NCBI GenBank assembly: GCA_943356485.1
Contig: CALRFD010000002.1
Location: 136,156 to 200,155, forward strand
Direction: 5' to 3'
DNA from: Patescibacteria group bacterium
Lineage (GTDB): Bacteria > Patescibacteriota > Microgenomatia > Daviesbacterales > UBA10151
Length of the DNA: 64,000 bases
Positions 39,046 to 50,945 of this stretch are shown here, piece by piece. A model generated the notes under the pieces. It made no database searches, had not been told where the DNA came from, and saw only the letters and a program-made list of their open reading frames with translations. Position numbers and translations under genes: made by a program. Position 1 is the stretch's first letter. Each line of letters begins with the position of its first letter.

Positions 39046-40134
39046 TTAAGTAATCACCTTTTCTAATTGATCTTTTTCTATTGCTTCTTTAATTTCCATC
39101 GCCACTCTTTTACCCATACTCATATTTTGTCCGTATAAATACCCGCTATAAGGAGTCGCAAAAATTCCTGGACTTCCCGGCATGCGGGGTGAAACATCAA
39201 ATACAATTATCTCTTTTTTAGGAGGGCCAGGGATAATCATAGTTTGCAATCCAAACGAGCCAATAACTCCAGGTTTATATAAATCTTGAGTTGCTTTAAC
39301 AAACCTTTCTCCCGTGGCAAATGCATCTTCAAGTAAAGACTCTAAAACTGTTACTGCAATATGACCAGCTTCTTCCCATTTCACACCTGCTCTTTTCCAA
39401 ACAAGTTCTGCATTATCTGGTTCCAGTTTACTAAATCCATCAATATTGGTTTGCCTTCTAGTATCTGTTCCTATCAACTCAAGTCTCTCATTAATCGGAT
39501 CATAAAAGAAATTAAAATTAACTTGCACCCCGGCAATAAATTCTTCAATGACTGCATTCATAAATGCTTCCTCTGTTACCTTACCCATTTTTATTGCCTC
39601 ATCACGTGTCTTATAAAATTCACTACCTGATTCAACCATGAAAAATGCTCTTTCAAACCCCCGCTCTTTTTCTAAAACTTTAACAATACAAAGTCGATCA
39701 ATATCTTTTGGATCTTTGAATTGTTTCGGATATCTGATCTGAGCTTTATCTAGTAAGTCATATTGATTAGGTTTTATTCCACGCTCTTCTGCTTTAAGTA
39801 AAAACTTATTCCCAAACATCGGCACTTTAAATTTATTTTCTATGGCATCATAGTCATTAATATATACTTCAAAAGAGCGGTGTGGAATAAATATGGCATT
39901 TCTTTTTAGAAGTTCTTCTTGTATTTCGGGTTTTAAGATATCTTTAAAATTCTCTAACTCTAAAACTTCATCAACAACCCCTAAGCTGCCATTACTTTTA
40001 TAATATTTGGAATAAGTTTTATCTCTACCTTTTTGTACAATCACCAGAGTTTTAAATCCTAAATCTTTTGCTCCACGGCATACATCTAAAGCAGAATGCG
40101 ATCCTAATACTGCGATTGTATATTGTTTATTCAT
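39046..40134 (-). CDS. PurP-like ATP-grasp protein (divergent paralogue)
   Basis: LGSHSALDV, IPHRSF, FERAFF, DTRRQTN, FDVSPRMPGSP. Confidence 0.85.
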   Translation of the reverse strand: MNKQYTIAVLGSHSALDVCRGAKDLGFKTLVIVQKGRDKTYSKYYKSNGSLGVVDEVLELENFKDILKPEIQEELLKRNAIFIPHRSFEVYINDYDAIENKFKVPMFGNKFLLKAEERGIKPNQYDLLDKAQIRYPKQFKDPKDIDRLCIVKVLEKERGFERAFFMVESGSEFYKTRDEAIKMGKVTEEAFMNAVIEEFIAGVQVNFNFFYDPINERLELIGTDTRRQTNIDGFSKLEPDNAELVWKRAGVKWEEAGHIAVTVLESLLEDAFATGERFVKATQDLYKPGVIGSFGLQTMIIPGPPKKEIIVFDVSPRMPGSPGIFATPYSGYLYGQNMSMGKRVAMEIKEAIEKDQLEKVIT

Positions 40135-41150
40135 TAATCCAAAACCTCCTTTAATTTATTAACATCAATAGCATTTTTAATTTCTCTTGCGATACGTCTT
40201 CCTGTACTCATTGGTTCATCATAAAGTAAATAAGTATATGGTGATCCGTTAATAAAACAATTCGTCCCGGCAACAATTCTGGCTGATATTTCTATAACAT
40301 AAATCTCCTCAGAAGATGTAATAATTGTTTCTAAACAAAATGGCCCAAAAAGCCCCTTAGAAGATATTAACTTTTGCGATATTTTAACAACCCGCTCAGC
40401 CATGTTTAAAGCCTCAGCCATAAGTGATTCTCTAATTGCCATCGGAATATTTGCAACAACTTCAAAAGAAGGCTCAATATTTAATCCCTTTTGGTTTTTT
40501 GCAGGGATTCTTCCAAGAGAATCAACATTTGTCTCATATCTTTTATCAACACTCATTAACTCCACTTTCTTGGTTAATGGAGAATAAAAGAAATGAAAAT
40601 AAACAGGAACTCCAATTACATATTCCTGAACCATAAACCGCGCTTCTTCAAAAGTTTTTAATTTACTGTCCAGCTCTTTTTGATTTTTTGCCACAAAATA
40701 TCCTTTTCCTCCGGCGGCTCCGAATGATTTAACAATCACCGATCTGTCTATTTTTACACCTTTTTTAAATCTCTGTGGAACTTTTACCCCTGCTTCCTCC
40801 ATCCAATTCCTTTGCATCTTTCTATCTTCTTCAAAGTCTAAAACCTGCTTGTTGCCAAAATATGGTGTTTTCATTAATTTATTCTGCTCGATACCTAAAT
40901 AAGCCACAAAAGATCCATGAGGAATTATTATTGCGTTCATTTTTTGTAGATGTTTTTCAAGTTGTGGAAAACTTTGCCAGGAGTCTATTTCTATAACTTC
41001 ATCAATAAAATTACTGTATGATTTATAAAGAGAGATTCTAGAGGGAGTACAAACAACAGCAGTTTTAAAACCTTCATCTTTAGCACCTTTAAGAATTTGC
41101 AGCGCGGAGTGGGAACCTAGAGTAACAATTGTGTAGTTTGAGTATCCCAT
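40134..41150 (-). CDS. purP: formate-dependent AICAR transformylase PurP
   Basis: TLGSHSALQILKGAKDEGF, IPHGSFVAY, GGKGYF, EISARIVAGTN, MSTGRRIARE. Confidence 0.88.
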   Translation of the reverse strand: MGYSNYTIVTLGSHSALQILKGAKDEGFKTAVVCTPSRISLYKSYSNFIDEVIEIDSWQSFPQLEKHLQKMNAIIIPHGSFVAYLGIEQNKLMKTPYFGNKQVLDFEEDRKMQRNWMEEAGVKVPQRFKKGVKIDRSVIVKSFGAAGGKGYFVAKNQKELDSKLKTFEEARFMVQEYVIGVPVYFHFFYSPLTKKVELMSVDKRYETNVDSLGRIPAKNQKGLNIEPSFEVVANIPMAIRESLMAEALNMAERVVKISQKLISSKGLFGPFCLETIITSSEEIYVIEISARIVAGTNCFINGSPYTYLLYDEPMSTGRRIAREIKNAIDVNKLKEVLD

Positions 41151-41218
41151 AACCTATTATAACCAAAAAAAAATGAAAATTCAAATACCCTCTTGAAACT
41201 ACACTCCATACCTTGTAA

Positions 41219-42502
<1,284 letters not shown>

Positions 42503-42648
42503 ATTCCCCAAAAACCACATTGTTATAAAAACAATTAAGGCAGCCACTACTAAAAATATTAACAGAGTATTTTTCACTTGAATGTTATTATGAAAAAAAC
42601 TTCTAAGAAATATGTAGGTACTCCACCACATAATGTTATAGCCGTATA

Positions 42649-42921
42649 TTACTGAATTTGTATAATTAACTTTGAACCTAAGGCTTGTGCCAGTTTTTCT
42701 AAAAAACTTACAGATGGATTTGCATTTCCTGATTCCACTCTGGCTATAGCTGATTGCTTTGTACCGATTTTTTTAGCTAACTCTGCCTGGGTTAAACCCA
42801 TCTTAGCTCTTGCTTTAATAAGTTGGGAGATAAGCAAATATTTAGGCCTTAATCTCTCGTATTCCTTTGCAACTTCCTTATCTTCAAGCAATTCTTTTTT
42901 AAGTACATTCCAATCTTTCAT
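42649..42921 (-). CDS. Cro/C1-type HTH antitoxin (HigA-like)
   Basis: GLTQAELAKKIGTKQSAIARVESG; downstream of a RelE-like toxin. Confidence 0.9.
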   Translation of the reverse strand: MKDWNVLKKELLEDKEVAKEYERLRPKYLLISQLIKARAKMGLTQAELAKKIGTKQSAIARVESGNANPSVSFLEKLAQALGSKLIIQIQ

Positions 42922-42932
42922 AATAAATAAAC

Positions 42933-42950
42933 TATAACATATATGTTATA
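42933..42950. promoter_or_regulatory. perfect 18-bp palindrome TATAACATATATGTTATA, putative antitoxin operator
   Basis: between toxin stop and antitoxin start; overlaps the -10-like TATAGT of the antitoxin. Confidence 0.6.
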
Positions 42951-43292
42951 CTATTTCAAGATACTAAATCTTCTGAAAGCTATATCAATTTCTTTTTGCG
43001 GAGTTTTTTGAGCTTTCTTTTTAAAACCATGCAAAAGATAAATCTTTCTACCCAGGAACGCATAAAATATTCTAATTTCTTCTCTACCTCTTATTCTAAG
43101 CTCATAAATATCTTTTGTTAATTTTTTAGAATGCGGCATACCCAGAAGGAAACCACTTTCTTGAAGAAGTTCTATATTATTTGAAACCTTGGATATAGTT
43201 GACTTATCAAGAGATTTAATAAATTCTTCTACAAACTTTTCACCTCTGTCTGATTCAAAAACAATTACCTTCCAGAAGATTATTCCATCCAT
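42951..43292 (-). CDS. RelE/HigB (Gp49-like) toxin
   Basis: MPHSKKL..IYELRIRG...RIFY...LLHGFKKK.QKTP. Confidence 0.9.
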   Translation of the reverse strand: MDGIIFWKVIVFESDRGEKFVEEFIKSLDKSTISKVSNNIELLQESGFLLGMPHSKKLTKDIYELRIRGREEIRIFYAFLGRKIYLLHGFKKKAQKTPQKEIDIAFRRFSILK

Positions 43293-43311
43293 AAACTTAT
43301 ATTACCAAAAC

Positions 43312-43341
43312 CCTGCCAGGGAAGAATATATTAAAATATAA
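43312..43341 (+). repeat. orphan duplicate of the purA 3' end (PAREEYIKI*)
   Basis: 26/30 nt identical to 42473-42502; its TAA abuts the guaA stop codon. Confidence 0.85.
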
Positions 43342-44865
43342 TTACTCCCACTCCATGGTAGAGGGTGGCTTATTTGTAATATCATAAACTACTCTGTTAA
43401 CCTCTTTTACTTCTGTCACAATTCTGACAGAAATTTTTCCTAAAATCTCATACGGCAACTTTGCAAAATTGGCAGACATGGCATCTTTTGCCTCAATCGC
43501 CCTAATGGCAATAGTTTCTCCGTAAAACCTGGCATCACCTTTTACCCCTGTTGTTTTAATTCCTGCAAATATTGCAAAAAATTGCCAAAGCTTTTTGTTC
43601 CAACCAGATTTTTCAATTTCTTCTCTGACGATTTTATCCGCCTTTTTCAAAATCTCAAGTTTTTCTTCAGTTACTTCTCCAATAACCCTTACAGCCAAAC
43701 CAGGCCCTGGAAAAGGCTGTCTGTTGGTAATGCTTCCTGGAAGATTGATAATTCGCCCGATTTTCCTCACTTCATCTTTGTAAAATTGCCTTAATGGTTC
43801 AACCAAAATCAGTTTCATATTTTCCGGCAAACCTCCAACATTATGGTGGGATTTAATTTTCTGGGCATGTTTACTACCTTTGGACTCTATTACATCAGGA
43901 TAAATTGTCCCTTGGACTAAAACATCAGCATTTAATTTCTTTGCTTCTTTCTCAAAAAATTCGATAAAGGTTTTTCCAATTGCCTTTCTTTTCTCTTCAG
44001 GATCTACTATACCTTTTAAGGCTTTAAGGAATTCTCTTTTTGCATCTATAATTAAAACATTCATCTTAAAATGTTTGGCAAAAACTTCCCTTAGTACATC
44101 AGTTTCCCCTTCTCTCATCAATCCAGAATCTATATATATTGATGTAAGATTTTTACCAATTGCACTATGAACTAAAAGTGCTGCAACAGACGAATCTACT
44201 CCACCTGATAATGCACAAATAGCCTTCATATCTTTTATGGAATCTTTAATATCTGAGATCATATTTTCTATAAACTCCTTATTTATTTCCGATTTTTTAA
44301 CTTTTAATCCACAAATTTTTAAAAAGTTCTCTAAAATCTGCATGCCAAATTGGGTATGAACTACCTCTGGATGGAATTGAATGGCATATAATTTTTTGTT
44401 TTCATTTGAAATAGCCGCAAAAGGCTTGGTTGAAGTTTTAGCATTTTCAATAAATCCTATGGGCAATCTAGTCACTTCATTTCCATGATTCATCCAAGCT
44501 GCTGATGTTTCTGGTAAACCTTCGAGTAACTTTGAATATTTACTTATAAAAAGAGTTGCAGGTCCAAATTCTTTTTTAACTCCTGTTTTAACCTCTCCTT
44601 TTAATAAATAACCTACCAGCTGATGTCCGTAACAAATTCCTAAAACCGGGATTCCCAGTTCAAAAATTTCTGTATCAACTATAGGGGCATTTTCGTCAAA
44701 AACATCAGCTGGCCCTCCGGATAAAATTATTCCTTTAGGCTTTATTTTTTTTATCTTTTGCAGAGATTCTTCTGGGGTAATAATTTCACACCCAACTCCT
44801 AACTCTCTTATTCTTCTTCCTATTAAATGCGTTGTTTGTGATCCAAAATCAATTAGTATAATCAT
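43342..44865 (-). CDS. guaA: GMP synthase (glutamine-hydrolysing)
   Basis: DFGSQ, GICYG, QFHPEV, SGGVDS, IKSHHNVGGLP, YDITNKPPSTMEWE. Confidence 0.97.
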   Translation of the reverse strand: MIILIDFGSQTTHLIGRRIRELGVGCEIITPEESLQKIKKIKPKGIILSGGPADVFDENAPIVDTEIFELGIPVLGICYGHQLVGYLLKGEVKTGVKKEFGPATLFISKYSKLLEGLPETSAAWMNHGNEVTRLPIGFIENAKTSTKPFAAISNENKKLYAIQFHPEVVHTQFGMQILENFLKICGLKVKKSEINKEFIENMISDIKDSIKDMKAICALSGGVDSSVAALLVHSAIGKNLTSIYIDSGLMREGETDVLREVFAKHFKMNVLIIDAKREFLKALKGIVDPEEKRKAIGKTFIEFFEKEAKKLNADVLVQGTIYPDVIESKGSKHAQKIKSHHNVGGLPENMKLILVEPLRQFYKDEVRKIGRIINLPGSITNRQPFPGPGLAVRVIGEVTEEKLEILKKADKIVREEIEKSGWNKKLWQFFAIFAGIKTTGVKGDARFYGETIAIRAIEAKDAMSANFAKLPYEILGKISVRIVTEVKEVNRVVYDITNKPPSTMEWE

Positions 44866-45647
44866 GTTTTTTTAATAAATTCTACTATATTTTCGAAAAT
44901 AGGCAGTCCATCCACTTTAACTTTATCACGTCTCCAGTTTGGGTGTTGCTCCCGTCTGGTAAAACACTCCGGGTGCGGCATCATTCCTAAAATTCTTCCT
45001 GTAGGATCTGTTATCCCAACAATTGCATTTAACGTACCGCTTGGATTATCAGGGTACTTCTGAGTCGGATTACCCCCCTCGTCTACATATCTAAAAGCAA
45101 CCAGATTCTTCTCCTCTATTTGACGTAAGGCTCTAGAATCTGCAAAAAACTTACCTTCTCCATGAGCAATTGGATACATTAGGATTTTACTGCTCAAGCC
45201 TTTTAAGAATGGGGAGGCATTTTTCTCATTAGCTTTTACTCTTATCCACCTGCATTCAAAATGACCTGAATCATTATTAGTTAAAGTTGCATCCATTTCT
45301 CCGATTTTTCTAAAAGGTAGAAGGCCTGTTCTGACCAAGACTTGAAACCCATTACATATTCCAATAATTGCAGTATTTTTTCTTTCTATAAATTTTTTCA
45401 TCTGCTCCTGTAAAAATGAAGTTAACTCAATTGCTAGAATTTTTCCTGAAACAATATCATCTCCATACGCAAAACCACCGGGAAGAGCTAATATTTTATA
45501 ATTGCTCAGTTTATCAACTCCAAGTCTTAAATCATTCACGTGTACTATTTTTGCCTCTGCCCCTGCTATCTTAAATGCATACGCCATCTCCTCATCCCTA
45601 TTAGTACCATCTGCTTTTAATACAATTACCCTTGGTTTATCTTTCAT
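44862..45647 (-). CDS. purQ: FGAM synthase glutaminase subunit
   Basis: GTN, PGGFAYGD, GICNGFQVL, AHGEG, MMPHPE. Confidence 0.95.
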   Translation of the reverse strand: MKDKPRVIVLKADGTNRDEEMAYAFKIAGAEAKIVHVNDLRLGVDKLSNYKILALPGGFAYGDDIVSGKILAIELTSFLQEQMKKFIERKNTAIIGICNGFQVLVRTGLLPFRKIGEMDATLTNNDSGHFECRWIRVKANEKNASPFLKGLSSKILMYPIAHGEGKFFADSRALRQIEEKNLVAFRYVDEGGNPTQKYPDNPSGTLNAIVGITDPTGRILGMMPHPECFTRREQHPNWRRDKVKVDGLPIFENIVEFIKKT

Positions 45648-48481
45648 GAAAATAACCTCCTCATTGGCTCTTTCCAGACTTCTTTCAATCCTTCCATATC
45701 CGCTTCAAATAATTTCCCTTCGTTTCCATTTATTTCTAACATATCTTTACTTTGTGTTTTTCCTAAAAGTTTATATGGAATATTTTTAAATAATTGTTTT
45801 GCAGTCTTTTCATTCTCTACTTCAACTATAAAAGATCCTGCTGTTTCATTGAATAATATTTTTTCAGGCTTTTGATCTATACCTAATGAAATTTTTACTC
45901 CACAATTTCCTCCAACACACATCTCAAAAATTGCAGAAAGAACTCCACCCTCAGATACATCATGACAACTTAAAATAGCACCCTTTGCTATTCCTCTATT
46001 TATTAAATCAAAAGTTTTTGGCAATGCCTTTAAATCAACTTTGGGTAAATCTCTACCTAATATTCCATTAACATCAAAATAGGTTGATCCTCCCAGAGTT
46101 TCATCCAGCTTACCAACCAATACGATAGTAGAGCCTATCTTTTTAAAATCTGATGAGATGGATTTAGTAGTATCATCAATTTTCCCCATTACCGATATAC
46201 AAACTGTTGGCGGAATCTTAATTACTTTATCATCCTTACTTTTGTAGGTTGAGGAGAGTGAATCTTTCCCGGAAATTACCGGAATTTTAAATGCCTTCAT
46301 AAAATCAACCACTGCATCAACTGACCTGTCTAGGTCCCGAAGCGTTTGATCATCCGGAAATGGAAAAATAAAATTTTCAATTAATGTAGCATTTCTAAAA
46401 TCTCCGCCAACAGCCACAAAATTAGAAAGCGCTTCTACTCCTGCCCAAAGTGAAGCCCAATAAGGATCAATTTTACCTAAGATCGGATTTAATCCATGTG
46501 AAATAACCAAGCCAAATTTTTTATTTAAAAAAGGACGGATAATTGGTGAATCATTTGGACCATCCAGATTTTTACCTGAAAAAGACTGCATGTCATTTGT
46601 TCCCCCGACTGAATGATCATACAACCTGACAATAGGCTCTTTGGATGCAACATTACCATGCGCTAATATCCGCTTAAATATTGAAACCCATTCTTTTTCA
46701 GATTTTGGGGTTTTTAAGCTCTTCATTTCAATTCTATCCTTAGATTTTTTATGTTTTATATTAAATACTTTTTTGGGCAGACCATGATACAAAAAGTCCA
46801 TATCAATATCACCTATTAATTCCTTACCAAAATAGACCTTAAGTTTTTTGCTGCCGTCAAATTTTCCAAGTACTGTTAGCTCTACACTGTATTTTTTACA
46901 AATGTCTTCCAGCGGTTTTAACTTTTTTGGATCTATTACTACAATCATTCTCTCCTGAGATTCAGAAACCCAAATTTCCCAGGGAGCCAAACCCTGATAT
47001 TTTAAAGGCACATTCTTTATATCAACAAAGAGACCTAACTCTTCTCCTATCTCTCCAATCGCTGATGAAAAACCACCGCCTCCACAATCCTGAACTGCCC
47101 TTATCAATCCGGCATCCCTCGCCTCTAAAAGCGCATCAAACATCCTTTTTTCTTCAATTGCGTTCCCGATTTGTACCGCAGAAGCATTGATATTTATTGT
47201 TTGATCACTCATTACTGCAGAGGAGAAAGTTGCTCCATGTATGCCATCTCTCCCTGTTCTTCCCCCTACACAAATTATTAAATCTTCCAATTTAGGAACT
47301 CCTTTTTTTGCATATTTTTTAGGAATAATTCCATAAGCACCTACAATAACAGAAGGTTTAGCCCTGAAGTCTTCATGAAAATGGACAGATCCATTATTGG
47401 TAGGTATACCAATCCTATTTCCATAATCTCTAACACCTGCAACTACTTTTTTTAGTAAGTACTCTGGCGGTAAACACCCGATGGGTAGTTCGCTTTCCGG
47501 CAAATCAAGCGGTGCAAGACAAAAGATATCAACAGATGCAATATTTTTTGCTCCCATACCGGTTGCGGCAATATCCCGAAATACTCCGCCGCTACCAGTC
47601 ATTGCTCCACCATATGGCTCAATTGCAGAAGGACTGTTATGTGTTTCAACTTTTCCGCAAACTCCATATCCCCCATAAAAATCCATCACTCCGGAATTAT
47701 CCGAAAAAGCTGAAACAATATTTTTACCGTGTTTATATGCTTCTTTCTTTACCTGGTTAAAAAAAGACTCTTTTTTCTTTCCATCAACTATCAAGTCGGC
47801 TTTAAAAGTCTTATGGCCTGAATGTTCACTCCAAGTTTGGGCTAAAGTTTCTAGTTCTAAATCAGTCGGGTCTCTATTAATTTTGATAAAGTAATCCTTA
47901 ATAGCCCTCATTTCATCTAGGTCTAAAAACAGCTTATCTTTGGAGATTTCCAGAAGCTTGTTATCATTCATTGACCTAACCGGAACCATCTTTGTTTCTC
48001 CAACCACTCCTGTTATTAATAGTGTCTGGGGATCTCTTTCAATTATTTGCTCAACTGTTTTGTTATAAAGGTTTAATTTGTTAACAATTTTTATTAACTC
48101 TTCTTTGTCTAACTTACCATAAAATGCATATTCATAGCTTGTATCCACAGCTAAAACTTTAATCCCTAAATCTTCAGTTGCTTTCTTAATTGAAGCAATC
48201 TCAGGATTCATTACTCCGCCCTTATAGGCAATTTCAACCACCTTGGCTTGACCAGAAGCAATCGGAGAATTAATTGTGTAGTTTTGATTAATACTTTCTG
48301 ATAATAAACGTTGTGCCAGAATTTTAGCTTGATTGACGTTGATCCCTTCAAGCCGATAGACCTTAATTGCCTGCACTTTTGTAATATTTTTTAATCCAAG
48401 TGTATTTTGCACATCCTGCAAGATACCTTCACCTTTAAGATCAGGGCCTATTTTTGTAATAACTCTTACTTTTTGTATCAT
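45644..48481 (-). CDS. purL: FGAM synthase large subunit with N-terminal PurS-like extension
   Basis: QTWSEH, KVETHNSPS, GRDGIHGATFSS, SESQERM, SGKDSL, HDVSEGG; about 170-aa N-terminal extension. Confidence 0.95.
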   Translation of the reverse strand: MIQKVRVITKIGPDLKGEGILQDVQNTLGLKNITKVQAIKVYRLEGINVNQAKILAQRLLSESINQNYTINSPIASGQAKVVEIAYKGGVMNPEIASIKKATEDLGIKVLAVDTSYEYAFYGKLDKEELIKIVNKLNLYNKTVEQIIERDPQTLLITGVVGETKMVPVRSMNDNKLLEISKDKLFLDLDEMRAIKDYFIKINRDPTDLELETLAQTWSEHSGHKTFKADLIVDGKKKESFFNQVKKEAYKHGKNIVSAFSDNSGVMDFYGGYGVCGKVETHNSPSAIEPYGGAMTGSGGVFRDIAATGMGAKNIASVDIFCLAPLDLPESELPIGCLPPEYLLKKVVAGVRDYGNRIGIPTNNGSVHFHEDFRAKPSVIVGAYGIIPKKYAKKGVPKLEDLIICVGGRTGRDGIHGATFSSAVMSDQTININASAVQIGNAIEEKRMFDALLEARDAGLIRAVQDCGGGGFSSAIGEIGEELGLFVDIKNVPLKYQGLAPWEIWVSESQERMIVVIDPKKLKPLEDICKKYSVELTVLGKFDGSKKLKVYFGKELIGDIDMDFLYHGLPKKVFNIKHKKSKDRIEMKSLKTPKSEKEWVSIFKRILAHGNVASKEPIVRLYDHSVGGTNDMQSFSGKNLDGPNDSPIIRPFLNKKFGLVISHGLNPILGKIDPYWASLWAGVEALSNFVAVGGDFRNATLIENFIFPFPDDQTLRDLDRSVDAVVDFMKAFKIPVISGKDSLSSTYKSKDDKVIKIPPTVCISVMGKIDDTTKSISSDFKKIGSTIVLVGKLDETLGGSTYFDVNGILGRDLPKVDLKALPKTFDLINRGIAKGAILSCHDVSEGGVLSAIFEMCVGGNCGVKISLGIDQKPEKILFNETAGSFIVEVENEKTAKQLFKNIPYKLLGKTQSKDMLEINGNEGKLFEADMEGLKEVWKEPMRRLFS

Positions 48482-48483
48482 CT

Positions 48484-49089
48484 TTATTTACTCCTGCAAA
48501 GCTTTGCCAACACCTGTACATAAAGCTGGTTTTCTTTTACTTTAAGTCTTGAATATAAAGACTCTACTGTATCTCTAGTTTCAATTTTTTCAAAAACTCG
48601 ACCTAAAACAGGACCAAAATCAAATTCTTTAGTTAAAAAGTGGTTACTGCAACCTGCATATGTTGCATTAGTCTCTAGAAAGTTTTTCATAGCCTTATCA
48701 GTAAATTTGCCTTTATTCCATAACCCATCTGTCCCGTCTGGATTTTTAACAACACCATCCATAGTATCCGGTATTAAACCAGGATGAGTATTTAAAATCC
48801 TGTTTTGGAAGGCATTCATCACCTCATCAGTAATTATTTGTTTCCATCCACCAAGACAAACATAATCTATATTATATTTTTGCAAAAGAGTCAACAAACT
48901 TTCTTTATCTGAGTTAATCTCTATCGGAATATTGTGTTTTTTCGCCCTTTGCAATCCATAAGCATCCTCTTTATCAGAAATTACTACTGCTATAGTTGCA
49001 TTAATTTTGCCTGACTGCACCCCGTCAATAATTGCTTGTAAGTTAGTTCCAACCCCTGCATTCGAAATTAAAACTGCTAACCTCTTCAT
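48484..49089 (-). CDS. purN: phosphoribosylglycinamide formyltransferase
   Basis: AVLIS...GTNLQAII, LNTHPGL, H...DFGP. Confidence 0.88.
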   Translation of the reverse strand: MKRLAVLISNAGVGTNLQAIIDGVQSGKINATIAVVISDKEDAYGLQRAKKHNIPIEINSDKESLLTLLQKYNIDYVCLGGWKQIITDEVMNAFQNRILNTHPGLIPDTMDGVVKNPDGTDGLWNKGKFTDKAMKNFLETNATYAGCSNHFLTKEFDFGPVLGRVFEKIETRDTVESLYSRLKVKENQLYVQVLAKLCRSK

Positions 49090-50519
49090 GCTAAAGAAAA
49101 ATCTACCTCTTTTGCTCTTTCCCCAATATCAACTGGATACTTTCCGTTAAAACAGGACGTACAGAGTATATCTTCCGGAAGTCCTACGGCCTTAAGCATC
49201 CCCTGATAAGACAAATAATGTATTGAATCAACCCCCAACTCCTTACCTATCTCTTTGATATTTTTAACAGCTGCAATCAAATCTTTTTGATTAGGGGTAT
49301 TTATACCATAAAAATCAGGAAATTTAACAGGTGGGGAAGAAATAAGCAAGTGAATCTCCTTTGCGCCAGCCCCTCTTATCATCTTGATAATCTCTTTTGA
49401 AGTGGTACCCCGGACTATCGAATCATCCACTACAATAACTCTTTTCCCAAAAATTATATGCTTCATCGGGTTAAGTTTTTGCTGAACTATTTTATGCCTG
49501 GTATGCTCTTCAGGAGAAATAAAAGTTCTGTGGATATATCGATTTTTTATTAAACCTAAATAAAACGGAATACCAGATTTTTTTGAATAACCACTTGCAG
49601 CAGGAATTGCAGAATCCGGAACAGGGATAACCACATCAGCTTTTATCTTAACTTCTTTTGCCAACTCCACTCCAAGGTTTTGCCTTACTTGGTCAACACT
49701 CTTTCCAAGTATTATACTGTCCGGTCTCGCAAAGTAAACATACTCAAAAATATCCAGCTTCTGATTTCCCTTTTCAATCTGGATACTTTTAAGACCTTTA
49801 TCACTTATAACTACCATCTCTCCGGGCTTAACTTCCCTAATAAAAGTAGCTCCTACCACATCTAAGCCACATGTCTCTGAGGCAATGACAAAACCGCCAT
49901 TTAACTTTCCTAAACAAAGCGGCCTAATACCAAAAGAATCGCGTATTGCTACTACTTTATTTTCATCCATAACCAGCAAACAAAAAACTCCGGTAAATAA
50001 AGGGTACGCTTCTTTAATTGCTTCCTCCAAAGATTTCCCTTCTCTTACATAAAAGGCTATTGCTTTTGTTATCATCTCAGAATCATTGGCTCCTTTTATA
50101 GAAATTTTTTTAGAGGTTAGGAACTCTTTTAATTTTTTAACCGAAGGAAGATTACCATTATGTGCCAGTGCAATATATTTATTATTTTTTATTTTTTCTA
50201 GAATCGGTTGGGCGTGTAGAACGGTTGAGTCACCGGAAGTCGCATAACGGTTATGGCCTATTGCCATATGTCCTTTCAGTTTTTTTAAATCTTTTTCCTC
50301 AAAAACATGAGATACTAAACCCATTCCTTTGTGAACATAAATAGTTTTACCATCAGAAGATGCAATACCAGAAGATTCCTGACCCCTGTGTTGAAGCGCC
50401 CAAAGACCTGGATGAACCAATCTTGCTGCCTCAAATCCCTTCCCGAAAACTCCAAAAATACCACACTTTTCTTTAAAGCTGTAATTAGAATTTAAAAAAG
50501 GAAGCTTTTGGTTTCCCAT
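49086..50519 (-). CDS. purF: amidophosphoribosyltransferase
   Basis: KCGIFG, LQHRGQES, GHNRY, HNGN, VDDSIVRGTT. Confidence 0.97.
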   Translation of the reverse strand: MGNQKLPFLNSNYSFKEKCGIFGVFGKGFEAARLVHPGLWALQHRGQESSGIASSDGKTIYVHKGMGLVSHVFEEKDLKKLKGHMAIGHNRYATSGDSTVLHAQPILEKIKNNKYIALAHNGNLPSVKKLKEFLTSKKISIKGANDSEMITKAIAFYVREGKSLEEAIKEAYPLFTGVFCLLVMDENKVVAIRDSFGIRPLCLGKLNGGFVIASETCGLDVVGATFIREVKPGEMVVISDKGLKSIQIEKGNQKLDIFEYVYFARPDSIILGKSVDQVRQNLGVELAKEVKIKADVVIPVPDSAIPAASGYSKKSGIPFYLGLIKNRYIHRTFISPEEHTRHKIVQQKLNPMKHIIFGKRVIVVDDSIVRGTTSKEIIKMIRGAGAKEIHLLISSPPVKFPDFYGINTPNQKDLIAAVKNIKEIGKELGVDSIHYLSYQGMLKAVGLPEDILCTSCFNGKYPVDIGERAKEVDFSLA

Positions 50520-50582
50520 AGCCTAATATAACTATTTCCACTCCTAAAGTCAAGTTTCGTAAGAAAATGGTATACTAAGTCT

Positions 50583-50945
50583 ATGGATTATAAAAAGTTT
50601 CACATCCTATCATTTAAGTATGCCTTTGAAGGCATCACTGCCGCGCTAAAGGAAGAACCTAACTTGAAATTTCATTTTTTGGCCGGGTTATTGGTAATTT
50701 TAACTTCCTTAATTTTAAATATCTCAAAGATCGATTGGATAATTATTATTTTTTTAATTGGATTTGTGATTGCAGTTGAACTTACCAATACTGCAATTGA
50801 GGCTGTTGTTGACAATTTCACAGATAAAATTCATCCCGGGGCAAAACTGGCAAAAGATATCTCGGCCGGAGCAGTGTTAGTAGCTGCTTTAACTTCTACA
50901 ATTATCGGTTTAATAATTTTCCTACCATATATAAATCATGGATAA
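50583..50945 (+). CDS. dgkA: diacylglycerol/undecaprenol kinase
   Basis: SFKYAFEG, ELTNTAIE.VVD, AKDISAGAVL. Confidence 0.9.
   Translation: MDYKKFHILSFKYAFEGITAALKEEPNLKFHFLAGLLVILTSLILNISKIDWIIIIFLIGFVIAVELTNTAIEAVVDNFTDKIHPGAKLAKDISAGAVLVAALTSTIIGLIIFLPYINHG

Noticed and set aside
42600-43400. guaA 3' end as the attachment site of the TA cassette
   Set aside because: No duplicated guaA tail found; the duplication is of purA.
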